The position numbers were made by a program, and so were the translations under genes. The notes beneath the pieces were generated by a model. The model searched no databases, was not told the origin of the DNA, and saw only the letters and a program-made list of their open reading frames with translations. From a virus, in the UHGV virus genome UHGV-0179428: 64,000 bases of DNA; one strand, 5' to 3'. How positions within the stretch are numbered: position 1 is the first letter of the stretch; every line of letters starts with the position of its first letter. Positions 1 through 9,873 of this stretch are shown piece after piece.

Positions 1-1193
1 ATTGCTTGCGCGTCGTTAATCTTCTTCTGATTATACCACCGGGCTTCACGAAAGACGTAGTTTTGACTGTCGAATTCGGTGGTGTTAAATACCCACTCAC
101 CCTCCTCCCATGTAGGCCAATAGCCCACCGTCTTTCCGAAACGATTATTTAAGTACCCTAATGGTTTTTCAGAATCAGGATCGCTAGGGTCCTTGAGATA
201 ACAACGTCCCCAAACTGCGTTATGCGATACACCCACAACCTCTTCTTCTAAATACGGATTATCTACCGTAAAGATAAACGAAGACTCGTGGAGTAAAAGC
301 GCCTTTAATGTTTCGGGGTTGCGAATACGTTGGACATTAGTAGGTGTTGATAAATCCCCTACACCGATGGCGTCCCAGTCGTAATAGCGGCGGGTTTCCA
401 GAACGGTCCGCGCAAGATCAAAATTCGGTAAAGAAATCATGATCGCACGGTCGGAGAAATAACCGCCCGGAGGCAACCAACGTAACAGTCCACCGATGAC
501 GAAACCCACCGTTTTTCCCGTGATAGATTCTGGCAGCGAAATCATTAGCGTGGAGTAATAGTCACGTGTAGTGTCGAGCTTGTTTAGGGTAAGGTTGGCA
601 ATGGGGTAAGTTTTAACATTCCCTAACTGACCAAAAACCATACAGCCGATATCTGGCGTACAGGCTCTTCGTACGATTTTACCGGCTCCAGGTAATCGCA
701 CACCTACGGTATCTGTCTGATGCGGTACCCATTGACCGTTAATGTTGTACAGTACACTATTACGGTATTTGTCCTTCCACTTGTCCTCACAAACGATGAC
801 AACGTCATCAGCATCGTCTAAGCTGAAATCTTGACTGTGGTGGTACCCAGGCGGACACAGATATGTTTCAACGGGTACGTCGGCATTAATCGATTGGTAA
901 TGTGCCCAACTGAATTCGAGTTTCGGCAATCCGGCCCTTAGAGTGGGGATGACGTTTCCGGCTTTTTCATTTAACCAATCTTGTAAAGTGTCTGTTCGGT
1001 TTTGTAGTTCGGCAAGATGGTATTGGCTGACTAACGTATAGTCTTTACCAAGTGCACTTAAACCGATCTCAAAGGTGTGGTAGTCTGAACACAACGTATT
1101 TAAGGGTTGCGTGACATCGATGGCTCCCCAGGTACGGGACTCTCGAGAGAAGCCAAAAGCGCTGTCGGGCCGCACTTGATAAGCAGTAGTCAC
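1..1193 (-). CDS. hypothetical protein, partial (C-terminal part lies outside the window)
   Basis: Stop-free minus-strand frame from the window edge to a GTG at 1191-1193 preceded by AGGA; translation begins VTTAYQVRPDSAFGF. Absent from the ORF track because no stop lies in the window. Hand-translated, so approximate. Confidence 0.55.
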   Translation of the reverse strand, partial: MTTAYQVRPDSAFGFSRESRTWGAIDVTQPLNTLCSDYHTFEIGLSALGKDYTLVSQYHLAELQNRTDTLQDWLNEKAGNVIPTLRAGLPKLEFSWAHYQSINADVPVETYLCPPGYHHSQDFSLDDADDVVIVCEDKWKDKYRNSVLYNINGQWVPHQTDTVGVRLPGAGKIVRRACTPDIGCMVFGQLGNVKTYPIANLTLNKLDTTRDYYSTLMISLPESITGKTVGFVIGGLLRWLPPGGYFSDRAIMISLPNFDLARTVLETRRYYDWDAIGVGDLSTPTNVQRIRNPETLKALLLHESSFIFTVDNPYLEEEVVGVSHNAVWGRCYLKDPSDPDSEKPLGYLNNRFGKTVGYWPTWEEGEWVFNTTEFDSQNYVFREARWYNQKKINDAQA

Positions 1194-1261
1194 AGCTCTT
1201 TTCCTCTATAGATTCAAGTCATAGTATGAACTTCGACGCCCACGGACTATAGGAGTAGAGA

Positions 1262-4200
1262 ATGGCTGTCGTCCTAGACCCACACTTCAAAAAACCGGGG
1301 AATAAAATAACCGGTGAAGCGGTCGCCGTCATTGGTACGAAATACCGAATGTTGGTACCTGCCCACGCCCCTTTTTTCACCACATCCCTGGTGGTCAAGA
1401 GCGGCGGCAAAACACTGACCTTAGGCGACGATTACATTATTACACACCCGTACGAGACCGGTATGTTGCGCACAGCCTATCTCATTCACGGGATGATTTG
1501 GATTGTTAATGACAAATACAAATCGAATTTTACGGTAGATTACCACGCCGTTGGTTGTGGTCAGGCTACCCAACAACAGATTACCGCAGAACGCGAACTC
1601 AATAAAGATAAATACCCGACTACGTGTCAGTGGGACACCGTCATCGGGGACGTTTACTTTCCGCCGGTCGATATCCAGTTCGATTGGGAGAATTGGAAAG
1701 GCGAACTGGAGTTAATGCAGGCTATTGCTGGATTAGGCGATTCGTTAGGGGAAGTCGTGAGTCGACTTAACCCCATCGCACGCAATACCCTGGATTTAGA
1801 ATACCGTGCTAACAGCAAGGTTATCACTTCCGAGCAGTATGCCGTATACGACAATAAAGGTGGTTTCACCTACAACACTACCCGTCATCGTTATAGCTTG
1901 AGTTATAAAACTGCAACCTTTAACGACTACGTCCTGTCCGTGAAACACAGAATTCCTGCTATTCTGCCAGACATGACGAAATTGAATCCAAACGAACAGA
2001 TCGATTGGATGCTCTGTTATGCTAACGGCGGTGCAAGCATTCTACGGTTGCAGCTAAAACAGCGCAAAATCTCACTGGTCTTAACGGTCGCTATTGGCAG
2101 CGGTTCAACAAACTACGATTATACGTTAATCAACGGTTTAACTGACGATGAGTTAAAAAACGATATCGATTTTAGTGTAACCCGTCAACCCGGAAACGGT
2201 GTTTACGTCATCGTAGTAAAAACAAATAAACAGACCATGGATTACACATTCAACGTCGATACGCCGCCTGATGAGTTCTCGGCAGGGTATTCGAAAACGG
2301 ATGTTGCTAAATGGTTGAAGTTTAAAACGAACATTAATCTAAACTGGTATGCGGCCGAAAACGATTATATTCAAATTCGTTCTTTACCCGGCGCACCAGA
2401 ACCTGACGTCGATAATGATGTTTACCAGTTAATAGTCAAATACCATCAGTTAGTTGAGCAGCTGTATCGTAACGCGCCTGCACACGAACACGTTACACGT
2501 AAGGACAACCCGCACACCGATACGTGGGGACCGATCCGTGCGTTAGAGCTGAATGGTATTGCGTCGGATGCCGCGTTAGCTTACGGGAAAACGAAACAGC
2601 AGTTAACGGATTACGTTAATGCTAAGTACCCAACACAAGCAACGTTAACCGCACAGAAAAAACTGCTTCGTGAATCGGCGAGCAAGAACGTTAACGGCAC
2701 GATTACCACACTTCCGGGTTTTACTTCGTTCACGACGGAAGTTGATCCGGTTTCGATGTCGAAATACGTGAGTCCTTATTTTAGCGAAAGCTATGTTAGT
2801 AGTGGTCACAGATATCACGGCGCGCTTCGTTACACAGGAACGAAAAGCGGTTTCAGTGCTAACTTTAATGCGGTGCCTGCCAACCTGCAAGATATTGACT
2901 TTATTGTTACTGGACGTAAAACAGCGTCTGGTAATGAAGCGGTCGGTAGGGTTGGTTTACGTTTCTACCAAAATCCTGGTAGTAACTCCGGTAAGTACGT
3001 AGAGATTACCGGTGAAATCTGGTCCGGTACTCTTACTATCGAACTGGCGTTGCACGGTTACGGTAGTCCGGTACCGGCAGTTCGGTATATTTCACAAGCT
3101 CCTAACCCGGCAATACCGGATGGGGATTTTACGCTACGTTTTCAACTGAAGCGTACAGGGAATGTGTTTGACGTCGTTATTACCGTAAACAGTAAAACGT
3201 ATAGCGGTCGGATTAACTTCAATAACATGGACGCTGCGTTAGAAGCATTAGAGAATCAGCACCACTTTAAATCGCTGATTAATAATGTTGCCGACGCCGT
3301 TACCATTAGTTCGCAAAACAAAGGTAACACAGTTACCATTAAGAAAGCACCGGATGTTGTTGACGAGACACGTTTAGGCGCTCAGTTTGTCGTTGATCCG
3401 AAATCCATTAAGTTCATCGGTCAAGGTTCTACTGATGTTAACGTGGGTAACAACCCCGTAACGTTCCAAGCAGGTACTAACCAGCTTGTGCTATACCCCG
3501 ATGACCGAGGATTGTTGTGGCGTGGTAAAAAACTCTTAGACCCCACCACCGTAGCCCCGTATCTGCCAGGCAATACCGCAGGTGGTACAGGTTTATTCTA
3601 CGCAAACTCGACAACAACGGTTACGATCACCGGTAGCGGGATAAAAGCCTCGCCGTTCGTAGCGACCTTTATTCTTCCTACCGCGACCGATACAACAGCT
3701 CTGGCGGCTTGGCAGTTGACCGATGAGTTTGGTACCGCTGAAAACCTTGCAGCAACGCCAGCACTGATTGAAAAACTCGATGCGGAGTTCACCGGTAAGT
3801 TAGTTGCAGTTAAATCGTACATTAACGACATGCAACTTACCAGCTCGGTTACTATCGATAAGATTACCTTTGGTTTAGGTAATGTTGCGAATACGCCTGA
3901 TGTTGATTTACCGATTTCTACAGCACAACGTGCGGAGTTAGATAAATACTCGCCTAAAGTTCACCAACACCCGTTTACCGCTTTTGGTACAGGGAACGCA
4001 ACCACAGCGAAACGTGGTCTGATTAAATTTGGTCTGGATGTGGATGATGCGACTTTAGCACTCGATGGGAGTGTGGTAATGGCGCAGACTTCCCAGATTG
4101 AAAAATTGGAGCGCGCTGTCAGCGGTGTTGACTCGGAGGCACGTCTTGACATTATACGTTTTGGTGAGTCTGGTAACGACTTAATAGACCTTACGGTCAA

Positions 4201-5584
4201 AGACAAAATTCTGGTCACGCTTCCAGCTTCAACGTATTTTATCGGTGGTGAAACATACGACGTTCCGTTGATGACGATTAACGTCAGTGAACGTTTTCCG
4301 AAATTGAATACAGAAATCTACGCAGGGATTTTTGTTGATATTGTTGACAACAAAGCGAAGTATATTGTCCATGACAGCTACAGTCAGGCTGAAACGGATA
4401 CCATGACGCGTGTAGGGTTGATTGGTGTTAACGACATTTCTGAGGTGTTCGTTACGGAGATGCGTAATGTCACACGGTTGGGTGATTTCCGTGAACTGAA
4501 AGATCATAAAGCCGATGACAACGCACACATTCAGCGCTCCGCGTCACGTGCAGCGCTTGGGTTAGCTAACTTAACCGTAGGCGCGCCTTGCTGGGCTTCT
4601 GGACTCCAGGCAGTAGTACGCGGTGAAGCAGATTGGCGTTATGTTGCCGGTGGGCAGTATAAAGCTTTAGACGGGGTGAAATACGACCAACTCGCATCAA
4701 AGTGGATTTTTGACGCGAAAGGGGTAAGCGATAACCTACACGGGTTTATCCACAACATGTTCCCAGCTTTTAAGAACGCAGGAATGCGGGTAAGTTGGGA
4801 AACAGAAAGCAACGCAAAAACCGGCACGGTGTTAGAAACTGTTTTAGGTTGTTGGAAAAACACCGACGGCGAGTTTATGCGGTTGTCGTTACTTATCACT
4901 CGTGGTTATCGTTTAACTGACAGCAATGGTGAATATTGTTACGCAGGGTTCGGTTTGAACTTCGGTAGCGGGAAATCGGTAGTGGTAGGTTTCACACCAA
5001 CGAAGCGTGTTACGCCTGCACCGTGGAATACGTTACAACCTGACGTAACGTTTACCCACACCCGTGCTGCAAACAACGCAATAACGTTTAACGCAACACT
5101 GACCTTAGCGGGCACTACGTATACCATCGTGGTGTTTTTATCTGCGACAGATAAATACGTAAGCTGCACGGCAGCAGGGGGAGCTACGCAGAAAATCCCT
5201 CTAACTGACCGTTTAACAGGGTTCAATATCGCACCTATCGTTAACGATCCGTATACCCCTATTTACTACGGTTTAGGGGGACTTTATGAGGATGAGGTTC
5301 GTGCCAACATCCGTTCTACGGCAGACAGCGCAACCTCGAATAAAGTCTATGGTACGTTGTTAGACTATATTAGCAACTATTCCTCATTAAATCGTGTGCG
5401 CGTTATGGAATTGACCGGTGTCAGTTCAGACCCCGAAACGCTTAATGCGTTAGTGGCAACTGAATTTAATAACAACCTGGCGGATTACGCTGCGTTACCG
5501 ATACCTCCTTATCTTAACAAGGAGCGCGTAATGTCGTTTATCGACACCAACAATAAAGTGCAGGCGGTAATCATTCGCGATTAA
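1262..5584 (+). CDS. giant tail fibre-like structural protein (1440 aa)
   Basis: Long ORF with AGGAG RBS; N-terminal module (PFF..LVV..G.TL.LGDDY) shared with the next three proteins; internal fibre-like motif FGLGNVANTPDVDLPISTAQ. Confidence 0.85.
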   Translation: MAVVLDPHFKKPGNKITGEAVAVIGTKYRMLVPAHAPFFTTSLVVKSGGKTLTLGDDYIITHPYETGMLRTAYLIHGMIWIVNDKYKSNFTVDYHAVGCGQATQQQITAERELNKDKYPTTCQWDTVIGDVYFPPVDIQFDWENWKGELELMQAIAGLGDSLGEVVSRLNPIARNTLDLEYRANSKVITSEQYAVYDNKGGFTYNTTRHRYSLSYKTATFNDYVLSVKHRIPAILPDMTKLNPNEQIDWMLCYANGGASILRLQLKQRKISLVLTVAIGSGSTNYDYTLINGLTDDELKNDIDFSVTRQPGNGVYVIVVKTNKQTMDYTFNVDTPPDEFSAGYSKTDVAKWLKFKTNINLNWYAAENDYIQIRSLPGAPEPDVDNDVYQLIVKYHQLVEQLYRNAPAHEHVTRKDNPHTDTWGPIRALELNGIASDAALAYGKTKQQLTDYVNAKYPTQATLTAQKKLLRESASKNVNGTITTLPGFTSFTTEVDPVSMSKYVSPYFSESYVSSGHRYHGALRYTGTKSGFSANFNAVPANLQDIDFIVTGRKTASGNEAVGRVGLRFYQNPGSNSGKYVEITGEIWSGTLTIELALHGYGSPVPAVRYISQAPNPAIPDGDFTLRFQLKRTGNVFDVVITVNSKTYSGRINFNNMDAALEALENQHHFKSLINNVADAVTISSQNKGNTVTIKKAPDVVDETRLGAQFVVDPKSIKFIGQGSTDVNVGNNPVTFQAGTNQLVLYPDDRGLLWRGKKLLDPTTVAPYLPGNTAGGTGLFYANSTTTVTITGSGIKASPFVATFILPTATDTTALAAWQLTDEFGTAENLAATPALIEKLDAEFTGKLVAVKSYINDMQLTSSVTIDKITFGLGNVANTPDVDLPISTAQRAELDKYSPKVHQHPFTAFGTGNATTAKRGLIKFGLDVDDATLALDGSVVMAQTSQIEKLERAVSGVDSEARLDIIRFGESGNDLIDLTVKDKILVTLPASTYFIGGETYDVPLMTINVSERFPKLNTEIYAGIFVDIVDNKAKYIVHDSYSQAETDTMTRVGLIGVNDISEVFVTEMRNVTRLGDFRELKDHKADDNAHIQRSASRAALGLANLTVGAPCWASGLQAVVRGEADWRYVAGGQYKALDGVKYDQLASKWIFDAKGVSDNLHGFIHNMFPAFKNAGMRVSWETESNAKTGTVLETVLGCWKNTDGEFMRLSLLITRGYRLTDSNGEYCYAGFGLNFGSGKSVVVGFTPTKRVTPAPWNTLQPDVTFTHTRAANNAITFNATLTLAGTTYTIVVFLSATDKYVSCTAAGGATQKIPLTDRLTGFNIAPIVNDPYTPIYYGLGGLYEDEVRANIRSTADSATSNKVYGTLLDYISNYSSLNRVRVMELTGVSSDPETLNALVATEFNNNLADYAALPIPPYLNKERVMSFIDTNNKVQAVIIRD

Positions 5585-5597
5585 GGAGAATTTTTTG

Positions 5598-8500
5598 ATG
5601 AAAGCGTATCCTTACGATCCTCGGGGGACGAAAGCCGAGAATCACTTCTTAGAGGAGCGTATCATCGGGTCAGAGAACAACAACGATCGGGTGGTGATTT
5701 TAGACCACCGCCCGTTCTTTGAAGATTTGGTCGTCAGACAACCAGGTTCAACCACCCCACTGAGTCGTGGGGTGGACTACGAACTGCAATATCAGCTGAC
5801 GGAACTGGATGACTCGGTAGCAGCCAACGTGTATTGTGGGGTACACCTTATCAACCCATCCATCAAGGGTATCGTAACCTTTGAAGGACAAATGCTCGGC
5901 GGTACGTTCTACGACCCGTTTGTTGATATTCTCGATGAACTGGTGAAATATTTGAATAACCCAGTCAGTGCTGACTGGTTGTTATTAGACGGTAGACCAT
6001 CGTTATATCCAGCGACGCCAGCAGCAACGTCCTGGGCGGATTTGCTGAACAAAAAATATTTAGCGTCGGCAGTTCACGACATTGAATTGAAAACCGACGA
6101 CGCTAACCAATTAATTAAAGACAAATTAGCTGAAGTTAAAGCGTTAGTGACTGCGTTGGGTAAAGAAATCGAAGCATTTAACTACCCAGCACATATCGCA
6201 GCGAAGAACCCGCACGAAACCACATCCGCGCAGATTAACGCGCATCCTGTTAACTTGAAAACCCCCGACACCTTTATGGCGTACGGGTTAAAGTTGAAAG
6301 CACTGACGGATGAGCTGAAAGCGTTTCGTTTACCCCAGTCAGTTATCGACACGTATATCTCTCACTGGATTTCTTCGGAAGTACGGGGCGTGTTTAACTG
6401 TACGGTGTCAGGAAACCGCGCACAGTTCCGTTCGAAAAACGGTGAGTCAGAAATCATTTTTGCCAACGATGGCTTTACGTTAAAATCCAACGGTTCTGTG
6501 GTATTAGCGGTAGGACATCTGGAAGGCACAGGTGCAGGACGTTACATTAATTGGCGTGCTGGTAAAAACACCTTACGTATCGAGTCAACCGGCGATGCTT
6601 TAGGGATGAACAAACTCACCCTGAATGGTAACCCGTTACTGACTACCACAGCTTTGATGGAATACCAACAAGATCCTGATGCTGGCGGGAGCGGCGGCGG
6701 TGATCCTGATGACTCGAAGGTGTACATCGAAGGCCGTAATGGGATTAGCTTCACCGGTAAAGGCTCTCGGACCGATCCTATCGTGGGTACTATCGACCCG
6801 ACGAAAGCGACAACCGCTGAAAAAGGTGTTGTTAAGCTTAAAACTGGTAAAGGTACAGAAACGGTTGGGGTTGCAGCAACGCCAGCGTCATTAACACCTT
6901 ATTCGACCGACCTATCAGGGTATGTGGCTAAAACGACCATGATTAACGGTAAGCCAATGAATGACGGCTCCAGGACAATCACGAAAGCTGACCTGGGGTT
7001 AGGGCAAGCGGATAACACCGCAGACCTTGACAAACCGTTGTCAACCGAGTTAACTAAGGCGGTTAGCGGTCTAGCAGATGTAGGCCATCATCACGATTGG
7101 TCGGAGTTAGGCATTTATAAAGCTTCTCAATCTGTTTACGGTATTGGTCGTTATGCAACTAACCAGAACGGTTTGGTTGAAAACCGTGCAGTGGTACCGA
7201 ACATCTTAAAAGAGCTTTCGGCACGTTTAAGTGTGGTCGCTGCGGCAATTGCAAATGCGAAAGAAGGAACAGTCACGGATTTCGCTGCTGTAAAAGGCGC
7301 AGACTGGCGATTTAATAGCCAGGGTACGGCAATCTCCGTTCAGGATTTGAAATATTTCTATTTGCTGGACGGCACGAAAGGTGACAGTACCGTTACCGGT
7401 GCGATTGACCTGCAAACCACCCCGATGTTTAACTGGTTCTCACCGAACAACCAACTTGAGCTGACTTGGGCTACGGGTAAGGTGAGTAACGGTACGGGAA
7501 TCAACTGGACGGGTATTGAAGAACCGCCATTGATGGGGTTCCAGTCTGTCCCGGTAGGTAAGACTGCTACACAGATGGGTGACCAGTCAGTTGTTACTGT
7601 ATTGGCAAAAACGCGTGTAAAAGCATACCAACCGAAGCTCTGGGTTTATGCTGCTGGGGGTGGTCCGGTTACGGTTTACATTAACGGTATCCAGGCAGCC
7701 ACAGGCCAGTCTCCACTCGTCGCGGTGTATGAAACGTCGTCAGACGTTGAAAATTACACAGTGGCGGTTAAAGCCGAGTGTAGCGACACGACTAAATCCG
7801 CAGCGGTACAGTTCGAAGTTTACGATGGTGACTACCCCGTTTATTTCAGTGGCCCTGAAACGCGCGTAGAGCTTCTCCAGGAGTTTGTTACAACGCACGT
7901 AGGGGTTCGTCACTATTTGTACGTTAACATGCTCACAGGCTCTCTGTATTCGCGTGCTGAACCGATTCAGAGTATTGCCGTCGACCCAGAACGCGGTTAT
8001 ATCGGTTATGTTGATATCGTTCCTGGTCAGTCTTACGCGAATAAAACTGTGGGATTTGAAACCACGTTTGATTTCGGGAAAAGTGCGGAAGTTAGCGAGC
8101 ACATCAGCACTCGTAAGGCACACGGTCTCAGCGCTGTTGACTGGGCGTTAACGGATAACCCACGGTTGCCGTTATTAAACCGTGCTATTGCTGAACCAAG
8201 AGCGTGTATCTTTAGGAAACCGTTAGCAACCGCTACAGGGGATGTTTTCCATCTTGTCAGTCGTGGCCTTTATACCTACGCACACAACCAAAACGTGAAG
8301 TCGAGTCTTCAATACGTTGTGATACCTGAAGGTGCTACGCCGTATTGTTGGTTTACACCATTTAACCCGAAAGAAAACAACGCACCGACATTCGAAGGCT
8401 CGTTTGCGTTCGATGTTGACGATGTTGGTGGAACGCAAGCCCTTGCTGCTGCGCCGGATTTGGTTCTATGCACGTCAACGCAAGGTAGCAGCGTTAAACG

Positions 8501-9779
8501 TCGCTATCTGCGCATTGACCTAACTACCAAAACCTGTAAGTTGGGGATTGGTTCCCGTTCAGATTCTGCTGTTACGGATATTCCGTTAGTGATGGAGGAG
8601 TCTGGGGAAACGGCAGTGGCCGCAACGTTTAAGGATGTGTTGTTCAACGGTGAGGAAACCAACGCGGCGACGCTCGACTTGATAGGTTGGGGTGCCAGCC
8701 GAGATAAAATTCCTGCAAACCATGCACCTCGTGGCATGATTCGCTATCGTTACAACGTAAACAGTCGGGTATTACGTTTAGCACTGACGTTCTCACAGTT
8801 CGGAACGACAACAGTTAAACATCGACAGCTGGAGATTCAATTCCCGTTCGATTTAGTGGATTATTTCACTGGCGACGGTGTGGGATTGTCGTTTAAAGAA
8901 CTGTCTGCGAAATGTCGTGTAACGATTAGTCACGCGCTGATTGATCCGGCTACGAGTAACGTCGACATTGATAAGTACCATTACTTACGTTCGTTGTTCG
9001 AATCGTATCTGGATTCGTCCGTTGGGTATTTGGCTGATACCAAAGACGTTGATTTTAGTCAGTCTGTGATTGACCCTGCGACTTATGAGGTTAGTCAAAA
9101 ATACCGCGTTACAGAAAGCATCGCGCTGCCAACCGGCCAGGGAAGTGTTGCTGTTTCCCATGACGGTCAGTTGCCTGCGCAGTTCTTTGACCGTAAGCTG
9201 TCTCGTGGTGCCTTGATGGCCAAGAAAGGTGAACTCAACGCTTCCTGGAATAATGAGTGGAGCACGACTAAAGCTGCTGCGAGTCGTTATCGCCATAAAC
9301 TCATTCTACGCTTTGCACAAGGTGCTGATAAACAGCAGTATCGCGTTGCAAAAGTGGCCGGGACGGTGAAGTCTAACTGGCCGGGTAAAGTGATTATCGG
9401 TGATGCCGGGAAGGACCCGTATGTATCGGCTATTGATAGCGTATCTTTTGCGCTTTCGACCGCCTCTGATACAGGTAAAGCGATTACTCTTACGCCAAAG
9501 GACTTACGTGTAGGTCAAGACATTTATATTGTCTTAGAACCGCCCGGCAATAATCCAGAAGGTTATGAACTTAACTTCACTTGTTCGTTAGATGTCACTG
9601 ACGAGAAAAGTGTCCGTCAAGATCAACTCAATGCACAGAGTTTCGAACTCCGTAGCGGCGAAAGTCAGTTCTTAATGGAGAAACGCAACCCGTACCACAT
9701 CACGAGTAAAGCGTGGAAGTGGATTCTGGCTGTACTGAAACGAGAACTTAACGGGAAGCAGTTAGGGGATCGTACTTAG
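5598..9779 (+). CDS. giant tail fibre protein (about 1393 aa)
   Basis: ATG at 5598 after AAGGAG (track start 5595 is TTG); shared N-terminal module (RPFFEDLVV...GVDYEL); fibre motif KADLGLGQADNTADLDKPLST and HHH box; terminator follows at 9817-9854. Confidence 0.85.
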   Translation: MKAYPYDPRGTKAENHFLEERIIGSENNNDRVVILDHRPFFEDLVVRQPGSTTPLSRGVDYELQYQLTELDDSVAANVYCGVHLINPSIKGIVTFEGQMLGGTFYDPFVDILDELVKYLNNPVSADWLLLDGRPSLYPATPAATSWADLLNKKYLASAVHDIELKTDDANQLIKDKLAEVKALVTALGKEIEAFNYPAHIAAKNPHETTSAQINAHPVNLKTPDTFMAYGLKLKALTDELKAFRLPQSVIDTYISHWISSEVRGVFNCTVSGNRAQFRSKNGESEIIFANDGFTLKSNGSVVLAVGHLEGTGAGRYINWRAGKNTLRIESTGDALGMNKLTLNGNPLLTTTALMEYQQDPDAGGSGGGDPDDSKVYIEGRNGISFTGKGSRTDPIVGTIDPTKATTAEKGVVKLKTGKGTETVGVAATPASLTPYSTDLSGYVAKTTMINGKPMNDGSRTITKADLGLGQADNTADLDKPLSTELTKAVSGLADVGHHHDWSELGIYKASQSVYGIGRYATNQNGLVENRAVVPNILKELSARLSVVAAAIANAKEGTVTDFAAVKGADWRFNSQGTAISVQDLKYFYLLDGTKGDSTVTGAIDLQTTPMFNWFSPNNQLELTWATGKVSNGTGINWTGIEEPPLMGFQSVPVGKTATQMGDQSVVTVLAKTRVKAYQPKLWVYAAGGGPVTVYINGIQAATGQSPLVAVYETSSDVENYTVAVKAECSDTTKSAAVQFEVYDGDYPVYFSGPETRVELLQEFVTTHVGVRHYLYVNMLTGSLYSRAEPIQSIAVDPERGYIGYVDIVPGQSYANKTVGFETTFDFGKSAEVSEHISTRKAHGLSAVDWALTDNPRLPLLNRAIAEPRACIFRKPLATATGDVFHLVSRGLYTYAHNQNVKSSLQYVVIPEGATPYCWFTPFNPKENNAPTFEGSFAFDVDDVGGTQALAAAPDLVLCTSTQGSSVKRRYLRIDLTTKTCKLGIGSRSDSAVTDIPLVMEESGETAVAATFKDVLFNGEETNAATLDLIGWGASRDKIPANHAPRGMIRYRYNVNSRVLRLALTFSQFGTTTVKHRQLEIQFPFDLVDYFTGDGVGLSFKELSAKCRVTISHALIDPATSNVDIDKYHYLRSLFESYLDSSVGYLADTKDVDFSQSVIDPATYEVSQKYRVTESIALPTGQGSVAVSHDGQLPAQFFDRKLSRGALMAKKGELNASWNNEWSTTKAAASRYRHKLILRFAQGADKQQYRVAKVAGTVKSNWPGKVIIGDAGKDPYVSAIDSVSFALSTASDTGKAITLTPKDLRVGQDIYIVLEPPGNNPEGYELNFTCSLDVTDEKSVRQDQLNAQSFELRSGESQFLMEKRNPYHITSKAWKWILAVLKRELNGKQLGDRT

Positions 9780-9873
9780 GACAGACTGCCTGCGGGCAGT
9801 TGTGTGTCCGTAGGTAACCCCTCCCTGTAATGGGGAGGGGTATCCATTTTATTTAAAAGTAGGAGTCTTTACG

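Noticed and set aside
1219-1410. Small track ORFs antisense to or nested inside large genes (for example 1219-1410, 4229-4528, 7740-8123, 11160-11537, 37544-37732, 39338-39667, 41690-42187, 56218-56916)
   Set aside because: They lie fully within longer ORFs on the opposite strand or in another frame, lack Shine-Dalgarno sequences and have low-complexity composition; treated as spurious.
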